From Octopus sinensis (Eukaryota): DNA of 64,000 nt. Of this stretch, positions 11,979 to 25,440 are shown in pieces. A program made the translations under genes and the position numbers. Position 1 is the first letter of the stretch. Each line of letters begins with the position of its first letter. The notes under the pieces are model-generated. The model ran no database searches, had not been told where the DNA came from, and worked only from the letters and a program-made list of their open reading frames with translations. The DNA is taken from the NCBI RefSeq assembly GCF_006345805.1, contig NC_043013.1:46500001-46564000 (forward strand), read 5' to 3'.

Positions 11979-12730
11979 GTTTTGATGGTGGCAGTGGGAG
12001 TAATAATAAGAAAGAGAGAAGGAGGGACTGAACACTAAACTAACATACTGACCGATGGTAACGGAGTGATAGTAATAGTATGAGCTGTGGTTGTGATAGA
12101 GGCGGAGCGGGCGGTGATGTTGGTGGTGGTGGTGATGGTGGTGGTGGTAGTAGGCAAGGCGGTCAGAGAGTAAAAGTTGTGAAAGGCAGTGGTGATGGCG
12201 GTGGAGTGGAAGGCGGCGAAGTCAAATGTATTGATGGCGGTAGCGTCAGAAGTCAGAAGTCTGAATGGTATTTGTATGGCTGATATGGTGGCGATGGTGG
12301 TGGTACTGTTGTTCATCATGCAGCTTTGCAATAAGTTCCAAGTCGACAAACTATATCGTTGTTTTGATGAAAATTGTTCATTGCTTGAAAAATATCGGTC
12401 AGGTTTAATAAAATTTAATATGTACTCAATGCATGAAGTGTCATTGTTGGCCCCAAGGCCCAATGCCCAAGGAGGAGCCCTCCACAAGAGCTAGCTTAAA
12501 AGTCGCCCTATCGGGATTACATTCATGCATACATACATACATACATACATACATACATACATACATACATACATACATACATACATACATTATAATATAT
12601 TATTTGAACCCGAGTGACATAAATACGTTCCCTCTCTTCATACACACCTTTAGAAATATGCTCACACGCATAAACAGAGAAAGAGAGAGAGAGAGGGGGG
12701 AGAGAGTGAGAGTGAGGGAGAGAGAGAGTG

Positions 12731-13098
12731 GGGCAAGTGTCTTCAACTATAGCCTCGGGCCGACCAAATCCTCGTGAGTGGATTTGGTAGACGGAAACTG
12801 AAAGAAGCCCGTCGTATATATATATATATATAATATATATATATAATATATATATATATAATATATATATGTATATATATGTATGTGTTTATGTGTTTGT
12901 GTTTGTCCCCCCAACATCGCTGACAACCGATGGTGTTGTGTTTACGGCCCCCGTAACTTAGCGTTTCGGCAAAAACGACTGATAGAATAAGTACTAGGCT
13001 TACAAAGAATAAGTCCTGGGGTCGATTTGCTCGACTAAAGGTGGTGCTCCAGCACGGCCGCAGTCAAATGACTGAAACAAGTAAAAGAGTAAAGAGTA
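12731..13098 (+). mobile_element. SINE-C, 5'-truncated
   Basis: Starts at GGGCAAGTGTCTT and ends in the AAAAGAGTAAAGAGTA tail. Confidence 0.88.
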
Positions 13099-13137
13099 AT
13101 ATCTTCTACTCACTAATTCTGTTATTATGTATGCATG

Positions 13138-13169
<32 letters not shown>

Positions 13170-15139
13170 TTTTCATATACATACGCACACACACATATTT
13201 TCATATACATATACATACATACGCACACACACACATTTATATACATTTATATATGTAGGTTATTCTTCTTTTATTCTTCCTTTATAGGTTTTAGCCCCAA
13301 GGTTGTGGCCATGCTTGAGCACCTGCAGTGAAAATTACGGAACGCTTCATGAATTTGCATGTCATTGTTCCAATTTTAGTATATGTTGTGCCGAAGCAGT
13401 ACATACACACCCATACACAAACACACCCCTACACACACGCACAAACACACACACACACACACGTGTGCGCACGCGTACGCAGCACACACACACACTTTAA
13501 ATAGAAAATTAGTAGTTTGTTACCATAGGCTTCGTGCGAACATATTGCCAGTTATTCAATCGGAGTGTGAACAATGGCTGACAACTCTGGTGTCTAAATG
13601 GCGAGATTTAAAGGCGAGATTTCGTGAGATTAAGGAGAGTACGAGATGTCAACAATTTTGAACTAGTAACAAAGGAGAAAATATATTTATCGAGTAGTAA
13701 TCATTCCGCCAGTGTATAATTGAAGGTTTCTCTTGTGATTTGTCATAGCTACAAGAACTGTTTGCAATGTATTTTTGTGTCATCGTTCTGAAGCAAATGT
13801 CAGAAGTAATATAGTACCGGAGTATCTCTACATAAATATATGGGTAGTATATCGTGTGTACGATATGGATTATGCATTTAGCACTGGTGTTGGGTGCATT
13901 CCCCAGTTTATATGTGTGCATGTGAGCTTGTATGATGCATTTAAATAAATATGAATAAGTAGTTTTATATGTGTATTTGCGTATTGTAATATCAAGTTGA
14001 GAGTGTTGCCGCCTGCGTCAGGCGTCCAGCATTCTAGATGGACATGATAGTGTTATAATACTCTGGAAGTAAGATAACGAAGATAGTGTTCATATATATA
14101 TGTTGGAGAGTGTTGTGGTTTGTGACATGGTCATATAGGTGCATACATGAACATGCATGCATGTCTTTCTATAAATTTGAGCTTTCATACATTTGTGAGC
14201 TCATTGTTGCTTTAAGTACATCTCTTTCGTAGACGGTCGCTCCCGTTTTCCAATTGGCCATTGCATATATGGTGTGACTGAATGTTGCCTCATATAAGCG
14301 GAATCATTAGGCGGACACAATGTCACTTCTAATATAGTTGATGTATAATTGAGAATAGAGCATAAAGCATTTTGTGCAGCATCGATGATGTATATGCAGT
14401 GAGTAAGGGCGGAGAGAAAGACGCGTTCTGGGGTTGCGTCCAGATCCATTCTACGCTTATTGTTAATACGAATAAAGGTTCCCAAACTGTATATGGCAAA
14501 CGTTACTGTATATTTCGTTGTATTCATATCATTATATTCAACAACAAATATAAAATGCTTTCGTCCACACCAGAGCAGACGTACAAAGGAGAATCATATC
14601 CGGTGTATGGTGTCAGTGCAACCAGGTCGATGCAATTGTATGTTTGGGGTAGACGCCCAGTATGTACAGCAAATAACGTCATTCTATAGTTCGTAGTAAT
14701 GCGTCAACTTGAGCAAGGGTGTGCGTGATCCGCTGGAGTAATCCATTGTAGCAGTTATTATGCGGTTCATGAGTTTGTGTTTAGGAGTCATTGTTACAAA
14801 TATCATTGTAGTTTTGTGCAGTGTTTGTGCAATAGTTGCAGGTATTGTTATGTGATTGTGTGGGTGGTGCGTTCACATGTATTGCGGCTGTGAAGAAAGG
14901 GGCGTTTGGATGGCCATGGTGGTGGAATTGGTGTATAATGATTTATGTTCTTTTATTGTTCTGCATTAATGTTAAGTGTTAATTAGTTGGGTGGATGTGG
15001 AAAGTTTAAGAGTCTAAGGTTGTACAGGATTTAAACATTTGCGAAATAAATAGATATGGTCTAAGGCCTGTGGAGTGTTGTAGTGTTGTACGAGCGGTTA
15101 CTGAAAAGTTTTTGGATTTAAGGGTGTTTAAGGATTTAA

Positions 15140-15315
15140 GGGTCCGGTTGGAGGCCCAACATTCCGAGTTCTTTTACAGGGCTTAGAAAAATTGAAGGAC
15201 CACTGTAATAAGTGTGTGAATCTGAGAGAGGAATATGCTGAATAAAATCAGAATTAACTGATCCTCCGGTATTTTGTTTTACTCAAAGCCAAGAACTTTT
15301 AATTACCCCTTCGTA
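15140..15315 (+). mobile_element. Mariner-type DNA transposon right-end remnant
   Basis: Encodes LEKLKDHCNKCVNLREEYAE*, resembling a mariner transposase C-terminus, followed by a TIR-like end ...CCCCTTCGTA; homologous copy at 50860-51017. Confidence 0.65.
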
Positions 15316-15467
15316 AAATCGAGATACTTGAGTACAGATGTTCCGTTGTTATATTAACTCTGATAATTACTTCAAAATAAAGACCGAAAGATATTTCCTA
15401 AGCAGGGAAGAGACGTTTTGGAACAGCCACTTTGGCGCCAGCTATTCGATGTCACTTATTCGGCACT

Positions 15468-15730
15468 GGTGGATATGAGTGGCTTAGTGGTTAGGGTATT
15501 GCAGTTATGATCATAAGGTTGTGGTTTCGATTCCTAGGCCGGGCGATGCGTCGTCTTCTTGAGCAAAACACTTAATTTCTTATTTCTACAGTCCACACAG
15601 CTGTCAAAAATTTTTAATCCTGCAACGGACTGATGTCCAATCCAGGGTGGGGGAAGAATATATACGCGCTACAGAATACGGGAACCCGGCCTTGTGAGCC
15701 AATGCGAAGGGCTTTATTTTTTTATTCGAG
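15468..15730 (+). mobile_element. Degenerate tRNA-SINE with V-domain-like block
   Basis: Box A/B-like TGGCTTAGTGG and GTTTCGATTCC; ACGGACTGATGTCCAATCCAGGG resembles the block in the 28171-28490 copy. Confidence 0.55.
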
Positions 15731-15780
15731 GCTGAACTATTTGGCATCAGACGTTTTAATGTTTCTCTCGTTCGCTCCTT

Positions 15781-16156
15781 GTTCAGTCCCACTGCGTGGC
15801 ACCTTGGGCAAGTGTCTTCTACTATAGCCTCGGGCCGACCAAAGCCTTGTGAGTGGGTTCGGTAGACGGAAACTGAAAGAAGCCTGTCGTATATATGTAT
15901 ACATATATATATGTATGTGTGTGTGTGTGTATGTTTGTGTGTCTGTGTTTGTCCCCCCCTCCCAACATCGCTTGACGACCGATGCTGGTGTGTTTACGTC
16001 CCCGTAACTTAGCAGTTCGGCAAAATAGACGGATAGCATAAGTATTAGGCTTACAAAGATTAAGTCCTGCGGTCGATTTGCTCGACTAAAGGCGGTGCTC
16101 CAGCATGGCCACAATCAAATGACTGAAACAAGTAAAAGAGTAAAAGAGTAAAAGAG
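15781..16156 (+). mobile_element. SINE-C, 5'-truncated
   Basis: Starts at GTTCAGTCCCACTGCG; (AAAAGAGT)3 tail. Confidence 0.88.
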
Positions 16157-16679
16157 TTGCAAGCTGGGTAACAGTCACAAGACATTTCTACGTCGAGGTA
16201 GACGTAGACAGTCTGATCCGTATAACACCAACAACTGACAAGAGTATTTTCCTCGGGAATACTCGAGCAATGTGATCGTCATGTTAAACGTTTTCGCTCG
16301 AACATCACGGAAAACAATCTGTGTGATGGGGGAGAGAAACGATTCGAAAAACCGTGTAGAGCGATTATCTTATAAAAGAGATTGCTACAAAGATGATCAA
16401 AGACAGCTTGAGCAACGCGTGGATTCCAAATGTCCTATCTGTGGGAGATTTGTGAATGAAATCGTCCAGCCTTGTCGCTGGCTTACACGCATCGCAGTGG
16501 GTAGCAGCCATCGCGAGAGGATGTGAGTCATGCTCAGGAATTTATCTGTTCAGTTTGGATACGAGCGTAAAAACAATGGTTTGGATTAATCACATAGCTA
16601 ACTATCCACCCGCGCGTACTCACCCACCCAACCAACCACACACGCGCTCAGACAGACAGATAGACACACGCACACGCGT

Positions 16680-17430
16680 ACATAACTATATATGCTTTGT
16701 GTGTACGTATAGATGTGTGTGTACATATGTACATACGCACATATGTGCTCGTGAACGCACACATATACATACATACAAACATACAAAGATACATACATAC
16801 ATACATACATACATACATACATACATACATACATACATACGTACATATATACATACGTAGATGTACTTGTGTCTGCTAGAGTCCGTGCGTGTGAGTGCTG
16901 AGATAATTAACTGATTAATATACGTCATACAAACATGTGTGTGTGTGTGACATGTGTGTATGTACATGTATGTGCTTATGTTTACACGCATGAATGTATG
17001 TAAGTGTGCACGCACACACACACACACATACAAAGGAAGTATATACACACACACACACAAGGAAGTATATACAAAGTAGATATGCATGACACGCGTATAT
17101 AAGCTTAATGAACTCATGTGTTTTAATAACCCGAACATACACACATACAAAGAAACATACATACATACATACATACATACATACATACATACATACATAC
17201 ATACATACATACATTCATGCATGCATAGATGCATACTTACATAAATACATATATAGAGACATATATACACTTACATATACCTGTATATATGCACACACAC
17301 ATCACACACAAACACACACACACTCACACACACACACTCACACACACACACATATATATTATATATCCTGTAAGTTAGGAATAATAATTATAATAATAAT
17401 AATTATTATTATTATTATTATATATATATA
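16680..17430. repeat. Compound CATA/CA/ATT microsatellites
   Basis: Direct reading. Confidence 0.9.
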
Positions 17431-17689
17431 TACACGCAAACATCTTTATCTCTATCTACCTATCTATCAATCAATCAATCTATTAAGCTCTCTCTCTCTC
17501 TCTCTATTTTTTATCTGTCAACTATCTATCTATTTTCTATCCATTTTCTGTCTATTTTATATCCGTCAGCTAAGGAATTAGAAAAAGATCGAAGACGGTG
17601 TAAAACGAAACAGTACTGTATCACGTGGGGGGGGGGAGAGGATAATCGTGTCAACTGTAATTAATAGAAACAAAGGAACAAAAAACTCA

Positions 17690-20060
17690 AACGGGAAATA
17701 TTTCCCCCAAAAGAGAGTCTTCAGATGGTTGTTCGTGGAAGCCCAAGAGGTCCACGGTCATCCTGACCCTCAAGACAAGTGCCCTCACCCATCTTCCCCT
17801 TAATGTACAGACGCATACCAGTTCCCTTGATTCATGCTTGCCACTCTCAGCCACGTTTCTCCAAATTTGCAAGAAGGAAGTACATCCTTCGCCGCCCTTA
17901 CTTTCATTTTCAAGTAAAACTTGGAAAAAGTTGATGTGGGTGTGGCCAAATAGGAAGGTGTCTATCTTCACCCCTTTTAACCCTGCTACACATACTCTTT
18001 CGCTAAGGCCACCAGAATAGCAAAGACTGGTTCTCCTTCTCACGCATCTGGTGTTCGACATAAGTCCACAAGTCAGCAATGTTTAGGTACTGGACGAGCG
18101 CGTGCAAAACGAGTCACCCTGCGTGTGCCCGGCTGACGGTACTTCTTTGCTTGTAGAGTTCCTTCACAGTGGCACTGGTAATCGATTTCTGGAAATTAAT
18201 TATCGGTCCAAACCCGAAAGTCCTCCGAAGCAGAGTAGCTGGTTTCATTTTCGTCGATGTCCAGGGTTTCCCCGAGTACGTCGTCACTGTTGCTCACCAA
18301 TATCCTCTATAAAACGTTAACGTTGAACTTCCAGTGACCGCATGGCCCAACTGGTAGAGCATTTTGAGCGCTTAACGACATTCCAGATGCCAAACGCCTG
18401 GAATCGGGCTTTTCTTTATCTAGGACTGCCGTTCTGTGAAAGAGTCGAACTATGACAAAAAAACCAAAAAAAACCGCATCTGACAAACGGTGATTATACC
18501 CTGTCAAAGAGTGACTGGTGATGTCGCAACCTCGGCGTATGTTTGCGCATCATCAGTCACAGCATGCCTCGGATGTTGACAGTAAATGGAGTGCCGGATT
18601 TTTCCACATGAAGCAGAAAATCAAACGCTGCAATCCGGTCAGGCGGTAATATATGATGGAGGCTTTGTAGGCGTTCGTCACCGCTGCTCAACCATTTAAA
18701 GCCAGCTTTCTTTTGGTCCATTTCTGTGTGCGATTGGATACCCTACTCGTCACCTCAACTACGCCTATCGGACCTGATCGAGGTGACGTGTAGGGTGTCC
18801 AGTCTCACGCCGAAATGGACCAACAGAAAGTTGTCTCTAAATGTTTGAGCAGTGGCGGAGAGCTGGCAGAACCGTTAGCACGTCGGGCGAAATTCTTAGC
18901 GGTATTTCGTCTGCCGTTACGTTGTGAGTTCAAATTCCGCCGAGGTCGACTTTGCCTTTCATCCTTTCGGGGTCGATAAATTAAGTACCAGTTACGCACT
19001 GGGGTCGATATAATCGACTTAATACCTATGTCTGTCCTTGTTTGTCCCCTCTATGTTTAGCCCCTTGTGGGTAGTAAACAAATAGGTTGAGCAGTGGCGG
19101 CGAACGTCCACGTCGCCTCCGTCATATATTACCGCCTGACCAGATTGCAGCGTTTGCCTGATGCGATTTTTTTTTTCATAGTTTTTTTTTTCCATATGTG
19201 ACATTGCACTTGGAGACGCGTACCATATCAGACTCCGAGCAAATATACTGCCCCGTCTATCTGCCACCCTGCGACGTTACTGGACCGCATGGAACTGTCT
19301 TACCTGGGACTGAAATTGCCTATCCACTGATATTTCATGTTTAATTTTGGTTTCTGCCACCTCCTCGAATTCCCTAAGAAACGAAGCCGAATACTTCGAT
19401 GTGCCTGGCGTCTGACACTACTGCAGAATCACCATCCGCATATGTCAAGTTAGATCTTCCTCACCCTAGTTAACAGGGATACCTCCCAATGTCTCTAGCC
19501 TTTGCAGTAGTGGTTCAAGAATCCGTACATAGAGAAGAGATAAGTGATGACGATCTTGACGGATCGAAATATTCATGCTGAATGGTTTCGATATGTAACC
19601 ATTCGTTCTAATTCTCGAGCAGACATCGTTGTACATTGCAGTAATCCAGCATTTGAAGACATGACCAGAACCAGCAGTTGTGAAGACCGGCACTAAGTAT
19701 TGGTCGTGAATCCAGTCGAAAGCTCTCGACTGCCCTAAGATTAGTACCTCACTACCAAGTTCCTTATCCAATTTCTATGGTATATGACATGAAGTGGACA
19801 TTGCCCCGGGTAGATCTGTTCGGAATAGTGCATGTCTATACATCACTAATCAGTTTACCAACAAGCGCCATCTTTACTTACACCTTGGCCAAAATCTCGA
19901 TACCAGCGTTCAGCAGGAGTACAGACCCAAAACTTACCAATGTGGTCTCCGTTGTTCGTATCCTCTCCTCGACATAGGAAAATAGGGGTTTTCCTGTTCT
20001 ACTGTCAGTCGCAGTAGATACCTGTCAAGAGGTCGTCGGACTAGTCCAGTACATGAAAAA
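17690..20060 (-). pseudogene. Decayed L1/Tx1-clade LINE ORF2 (RT and C-terminal region)
   Basis: Minus-strand peptides ILGQSRAFDWIHDQYL (cf. LDQSKAFDRVDH) and SIRQDRHHLSLLYVRILEPLLQRL (cf. SVRQGCPLSPLLYVLALEPLL), plus LLLNAGIEI and TCTIPNRS; many stops and frameshifts. Confidence 0.75.
18854..19086 (+). mobile_element. Solitary SINE-B inserted in the Tx1 remnant, 14-bp TSD
   Basis: TTGAGCAGTGGCGG at 18845-18858 and 19087-19100; this places the SINE-B 3' end at ...AAATAGG. Confidence 0.92.
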
Positions 20061-20730
20061 TAAAACTCGTAGCGTTGACAATCTCTTCAAGTCACCTTCT
20101 TTCAAAGCTCCCAGCTTTTTGCAAAGACAGATTTGTTGTGTCCATTTCTCTTTTCTCTCTTTTCCTGATTTCAGAGAACAACAAAGGAAAAATTGGTTCA
20201 ATCTGAAAAAAATTCTCGTATCTTTATCATTATCGAACAGATTTCATTTATTAGGGTTTATACATGCTGACGGGTGTTCAGTTTGAAGTTTGGATATTGT
20301 ACCATAGCAACTATGTCTCGAGATTGTGACCCAGTCAACTAGTTACGACAAATGGCAGTTTATCTTGGAAATCTATTCAAATAAGAATTATACTCGACGT
20401 AGTGTTTCTTCAACTAATTTCCAACTGATAGTTTTTCTTGTTATTTTCTTCCTAACTCTAGTAACTTTTCGTGTATTTTCAGATGTTCTGATGTATGTCG
20501 ATTAAGTGCTGATCTAAGAAAAATATCAGAAATATATTGATTGCAATTTCAAGAAATATTCTTAAGAAAAAATGGAGGGCGAAGGAAGAGAACCCAAACA
20601 TATCGGCATCAAAGTTTTTTGAGAAGAAATACTAATCGTACAACTCAAAGAAACACTGGTTGGTCGACTGAAATTTACGCTTTTTAAAGTGAGAACTTAT
20701 CCATTTAAATTTATTCTAATATTAATTAAT

Positions 20731-20947
20731 ATTGGTTTCAAATGTTGGCACAGGGCCAGCAGTTTTAGGAGTGGGGCAAGTCGATTACATCGACCCCAAT
20801 GCTTAACTGGTACTTTATTTTGTCGACCCCGAAAGAGATGAAAGGCAAAGTCGACTTCGGCGAGGTTTAAGCTCAGAGCGTAAGACGGACGAAATGCCGC
20901 TGAGCATTTTTATCCGGCATGCTTAACGATTCTGCTAACTGGCCGCC
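20731..20947 (-). mobile_element. SINE-A, full length
   Basis: Head, body and tail all present. Confidence 0.85.
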
Positions 20948-21296
20948 TAATGTGTTAATTAATATCATCTAACTTAACGAACTAAATATCTTAATATCTA
21001 TTTTACTATTAAGTTTCCATGCAGTAACCCTCCCTATATATATTTTCCAGCTATTTGCTGTGTTATAGACGTCCTGTACAGGAGTGGTTTTGCTGTTGTT
21101 GTCTGTTGTTAAAATGTTTACGTTTAGAATTTTAAGTGGAGTTTTATCTTCACCGAACCTAGCCGAGTCTGTTATTAACTTTCCATTGTTTATCGGCGAT
21201 CCTGAAGCAAGGAGATTTGTAGAGTAATGAAGTGTTTCCTCACTTTCAATTCAAGTGCTCTTTAGATTGGTCAGCGAAACGGGAAAAACGTGAGTT

Positions 21297-21378
<82 letters not shown>

Positions 21379-22553
21379 CAAAGAAAAAGAAAGAGAGGGG
21401 GATCTATAGAGAGGGGGATATATATAGAGGTGGGTAGTAGATAGATAGTGTATCTGGGGAGGGAGTAGATGGAGCAGGCGAGATGGGGAATTGCAGGAGG
21501 GAGTGAGGCCGCTTTTCTGACTACAGAACTTTGTTTAAACTGATAAATTTATACTGTTATTGTTTGTCTTCTGGTATTTATCATGAAAAATGTTTGTAGT
21601 TAAAGAATTTGATACACATACACTTCTCCGGAAAGCCATGCATTTGTTCACATTTAACAATGATATTTATTGAATTCTGACATAGACGAAGGATAACAAA
21701 GATTGTGTGGCGTTAATAACAATTCAATGAGCTTTAACAGTTTAAATCAAGTGAAACGGTCATATCCTAAACTCTAGACAGGATCTCGGTAACGAATATC
21801 CACCACAATGATTTTTATTGGTATCTTATGACTAACCTCAAATTAGAGACTTTTAAAGGCATAGTTAAAATCGGGAGTACTGCTCATGTTTCTATTCTGG
21901 GTTTCCGAGACTGATAGGAGGGTGAGAGGAAGTTATACTTGAATCGGAGAACTGGCCTTCACTAAAAGCACCCAGAGACCAGATCGTAGTTATACGTTCG
22001 TCCTTCGAAATGAAGAGGACCAACCGGCGTTCTGCGTTATGCATCGTCAACATTGCTCTCTCGTCTTTGACCATCTTCAATCCAATGGCGTGATCAGGTC
22101 ATGGCGAGTGAGGATGGAAATGGACGCAGTGGATGACCAAAATGTCTTACTTGCTTCATCTTGCTCTCTGCACTCTACAATGCGTTGCTGCAACCACTTT
22201 CCCTTCGGTTGAGCCATGTCAGTTTCTTCCACAGAGTTCGTCGGATCCAGTTTTCATATGCATAGGTAGGCAAGCCTTAATATGCTACTTAACACATAGC
22301 TAGGACCCTGACAGAGTAGACTGGGAACAATAGTAGTTAAAAGGTGATTTCATCCCGCCCCCCAAATCCTGGAACTCTCGGAACCAGGCCCCACTTCCGG
22401 ATGTAGTTTGAAGTCATACCCAGGACATTAGGAGGTAACATTAACCTGGTGGAAGATTTAATCTAGCTGCCAGGTAGGCTCTGGAGGTATTTGAACTTAA
22501 AACTCAAAGTACCAGAACACATACTGCAAGGCTATATCCTTATCAACCTCTAA

Positions 22554-23183
22554 GGCAATGAGCTGACAGAAACGTTAGCACGCCGGGCGAAATGCTTAGC
22601 AGTATTTCGTCTGTCTTTACGTTCTTAGTTCAAATTCCACCGAGGTCGACTTTGCCTTTCATCCTTTCGGGGTCGATACATTAGGTATCAGTTGTGTACT
22701 GGGGTCGATCTAATCGACTGCTTCCGCCCCAAAAATGTCGGGCATTGTGCCTAGAGTACAAAAGAATCGTTAGCTTGCCGGGAAAAATGCTTAGTGGCAT
22801 TTCGTTCGTCTACACGTACTGAGTTCAAATTCCACTGAGGTCAACTTTGCTTTCGGGATCGATAAAATATGTACCAGTCGAGCACTGGGGTCGATGTAAT
22901 CGACTTACCCATCCGCGAAACTGCTGATCCTGTGCCAAAATTTGATATCAATATACTTATCAATCGCTAAGGCTTCGAGAGGGCAGAATCGTCAGTTTGC
23001 CGAGCACAATTCTTAGCGCTATTTCGCCCGCCTTTTCATTCTGAATTCAAATTCCGCCAAGGTTGACTTTACCTTACATTCTTTCGGAGTCGATATGGTA
23101 AGTACCAGATGAACAGAGGTCGATGCAATCGACTTATTCCCTCCTCCGAAATTGCTGGCCTTGTGCCAAAATTTGAAGCCAAT
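22554..23183 (+). mobile_element. Three head-to-tail SINE-A copies (two tail variants)
   Basis: Three GAGTTCAAATTCC box-B blocks and bodies; tails GTGCCTAGAGTACAAAAGAAT and GTGCCAAAATTTGA. Confidence 0.8.
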
Positions 23184-24182
23184 AGATCTATCAACCCCAG
23201 AAAGATGAGAATTGACCTTAATGAGAATCGAACTAAGCACATAAGCAGCAGAAATAAATATCGTAAATATTTCGTCTGAACGCCCAACCACTTCGCTGCT
23301 AATTTAGTGAAAATAATAGGAAAATGGCTGGTTGTTACGTTCTGTGTTTCCTAAGGGTGTTACAGGCAGAAATGAACTAAAATAGGTTCAGTCATTAGTT
23401 AAATACAAGCCTCGTGTTTTAGCTTGCCGGATACTTGCCTCTGTTCTACAGATTTCACTGCTTAAAATTGTGCTTAATTAACATAAAGCATAGGTTATTA
23501 AGTATGAGTCAATAGATAACAAGTCTTAATATCCACTGTACACAGGATAAAGCCAGTTTCCACAGATACATAAATATTTCGCTACAATAATCAGATTAGA
23601 CTTCTGTTAAAAACCATCGTGTTACTATTGTTGTTGTTGTTGTTGAAGTGCGGGGCAACTCTCATGTAGCGTTCCAGCCATGACCATCTCGCCTTTTGTA
23701 TTCTGCTGTTCAGATACATTGTATCTGAGACTACATTATCAAATGTCTCATTCCTTGCACGCAAGTAACACCATTTTGATTTAAGCTGGATTCTCCGTCG
23801 TTCTCGACGGTGATCAACTGTTGTTCGAAAACCTCAACACCTACTCTTGTGAGTGGCCGTGAATGCCCTAGACACTAATACTTAGGTTGAATAGGTGTGG
23901 TCCTATGAATCAATGTTGGGGCCTTTGAATTACAGGTATAATCCAGAGAGAGAGAGAGAGGGGGCGAGGTGGAAGAGGAAGAGAGCGAGGTGGAGACAAA
24001 GAGAGAAAACACAACTTCAGTCTTGGACTGGTACTTTATTTTATTCATCCCAAAAGAATGAAAGACAAAGTTGACCTCGGCGGGATTTGAAGGCGAAGAG
24101 TAGAGAATGAGAACGAATAAAGCCAGGCACCATTCTGTCTGACGTTCTAACGCCTCCTTACCAAACTCACTGTGCCAAGCGT

Positions 24183-25128
24183 CGAGCTGAAAGAATCGTA
24201 AGCACGCAGAGCAAAATGCTAAGAGGCAGTTGAGTTCAAATTCCTCCGAGTTGACTTTGGCTTTCATCATTTCGGGGTCGATAAAGTAAGTACCAGTTGA
24301 GCACTGGGGTCGATGTAATCGACTTAAATCCGTTTGTCTGTCCTTGTTTGTCCCTTCTGTGTTTAGCCCCTTTTGGGTAGTAAAGAAATAGGTATTTCGT
24401 GTCTTTACGTTCTGAGTTCAAATTCCGCCGAGGTCGACTTTGCCTTTCATCCTTTCGGGGTCGATAAATTGAATACCAGTTACGAACTGGGGTCGATATA
24501 ATCGACTTAATCCGTTTGTCTGTCCTTGTTTGTCCTCTCTGTGTTTAGCCTCTTGTGGGTAGTAAAGAAATAGGAGATAGGTATTTCTGCCCGCGGCGAG
24601 CTGGCAGAAGCGTTAGTACGCCGGACGAAATGCTTAGCGGTATTTCGTCTGCCGTTACGTTGTGAGTTCAAATTCCACCGAGGTCGACATTGCCTTTCAT
24701 CCTTTCGGGGGTCGATTAAATAAGTACCAGTGAAATACTGGGGCCGATATAATCGACTTAATTCGTTTGTCCCCTTGTGGGTAGTAAAGAAATAGGCATT
24801 TCATCTGCTTTTACGTTCTGAGTTCAAATTCCACCGCGGTCGACTTTGCCTTTCATCCTTTCGGGGGTCGATTAAATAAGTACCAGTTACGAACTGGGGT
24901 CGATGTAATCGACTTAATCCGTGTGTCTGTCCTTGTTTGTCCCCTCTGTGTTTAGCCCCTTGTGGGTAGTAAAGAAATAGGCATTTCGTCCGTCTTTATG
25001 TTCTGAGTTCAAATCCCCTAAGAGTCGACTTTGCCTTTTTTATCCTTTCGGAGTCGATAAAGTAAGTGTCAGTGGAGTTCTGGGGTCGATGCAATCGACT
25101 TGTTCCCAACCCCAAAATTTCAGGCCTT
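24183..25128 (+). mobile_element. Tandem array: four SINE-B-tailed units ending in a SINE-A body
   Basis: Junctions GAAATAGG|TATTTC (24385) and GAAATAGG|CATTTC (24789, 24974); one internal full head at 24593. Confidence 0.88.
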
Positions 25129-25440
25129 CAGAAAGGATATCACTATTACTGCAAAACGTTTGACACGGTCGCACTGTTATTGCATCATCTGTAGGAATAG
25201 AATAGTATTGGGTTCAAATTTATTGCAGACGCCAGAGTATTATGTCTGGACGTGACAATTATTTCTTCATTACACAGTTCTCTGTATTGTCAGGAACAGA
25301 TTACTGCCTGACTGTATTATTAAGAGTGATAAATGACTATATTTAATTACTACGACTGATTACTGTATATTAATGTAATGAATCATATCGTAGCAGTTAT
25401 AGAGACACAATGATTTCGTTTCGAAAGTGTCATTGTACCA

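Noticed and set aside
12035-12494. Thr-rich and Gly-rich ORFs on both strands
   Set aside because: Degenerate GGT/GGC trinucleotide low-complexity DNA with no splice or domain evidence.
13650-15120. 1.5-kb G/T-skewed, SINE-free stretch with a VYGVSATRSMQLYV motif vaguely like a GIY-YIG start
   Set aside because: No sustained frame or second motif; could be an ancient Penelope-like remnant but cannot be supported without a profile search.
16272-16532. 84-aa ORF with CPIC and a strong donor-like GAT|GTGAGT; 8-bp hairpin TCTACGTC/GACGTAGA at about 16182-16203
   Set aside because: No convincing acceptor or domain; features of this size are expected by chance.
17690-17725. CTGAAGA...GAAA on the minus strand resembling a hammerhead
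   Set aside because: No stem I, and it lies at the Tx1 remnant end; likely coincidental.
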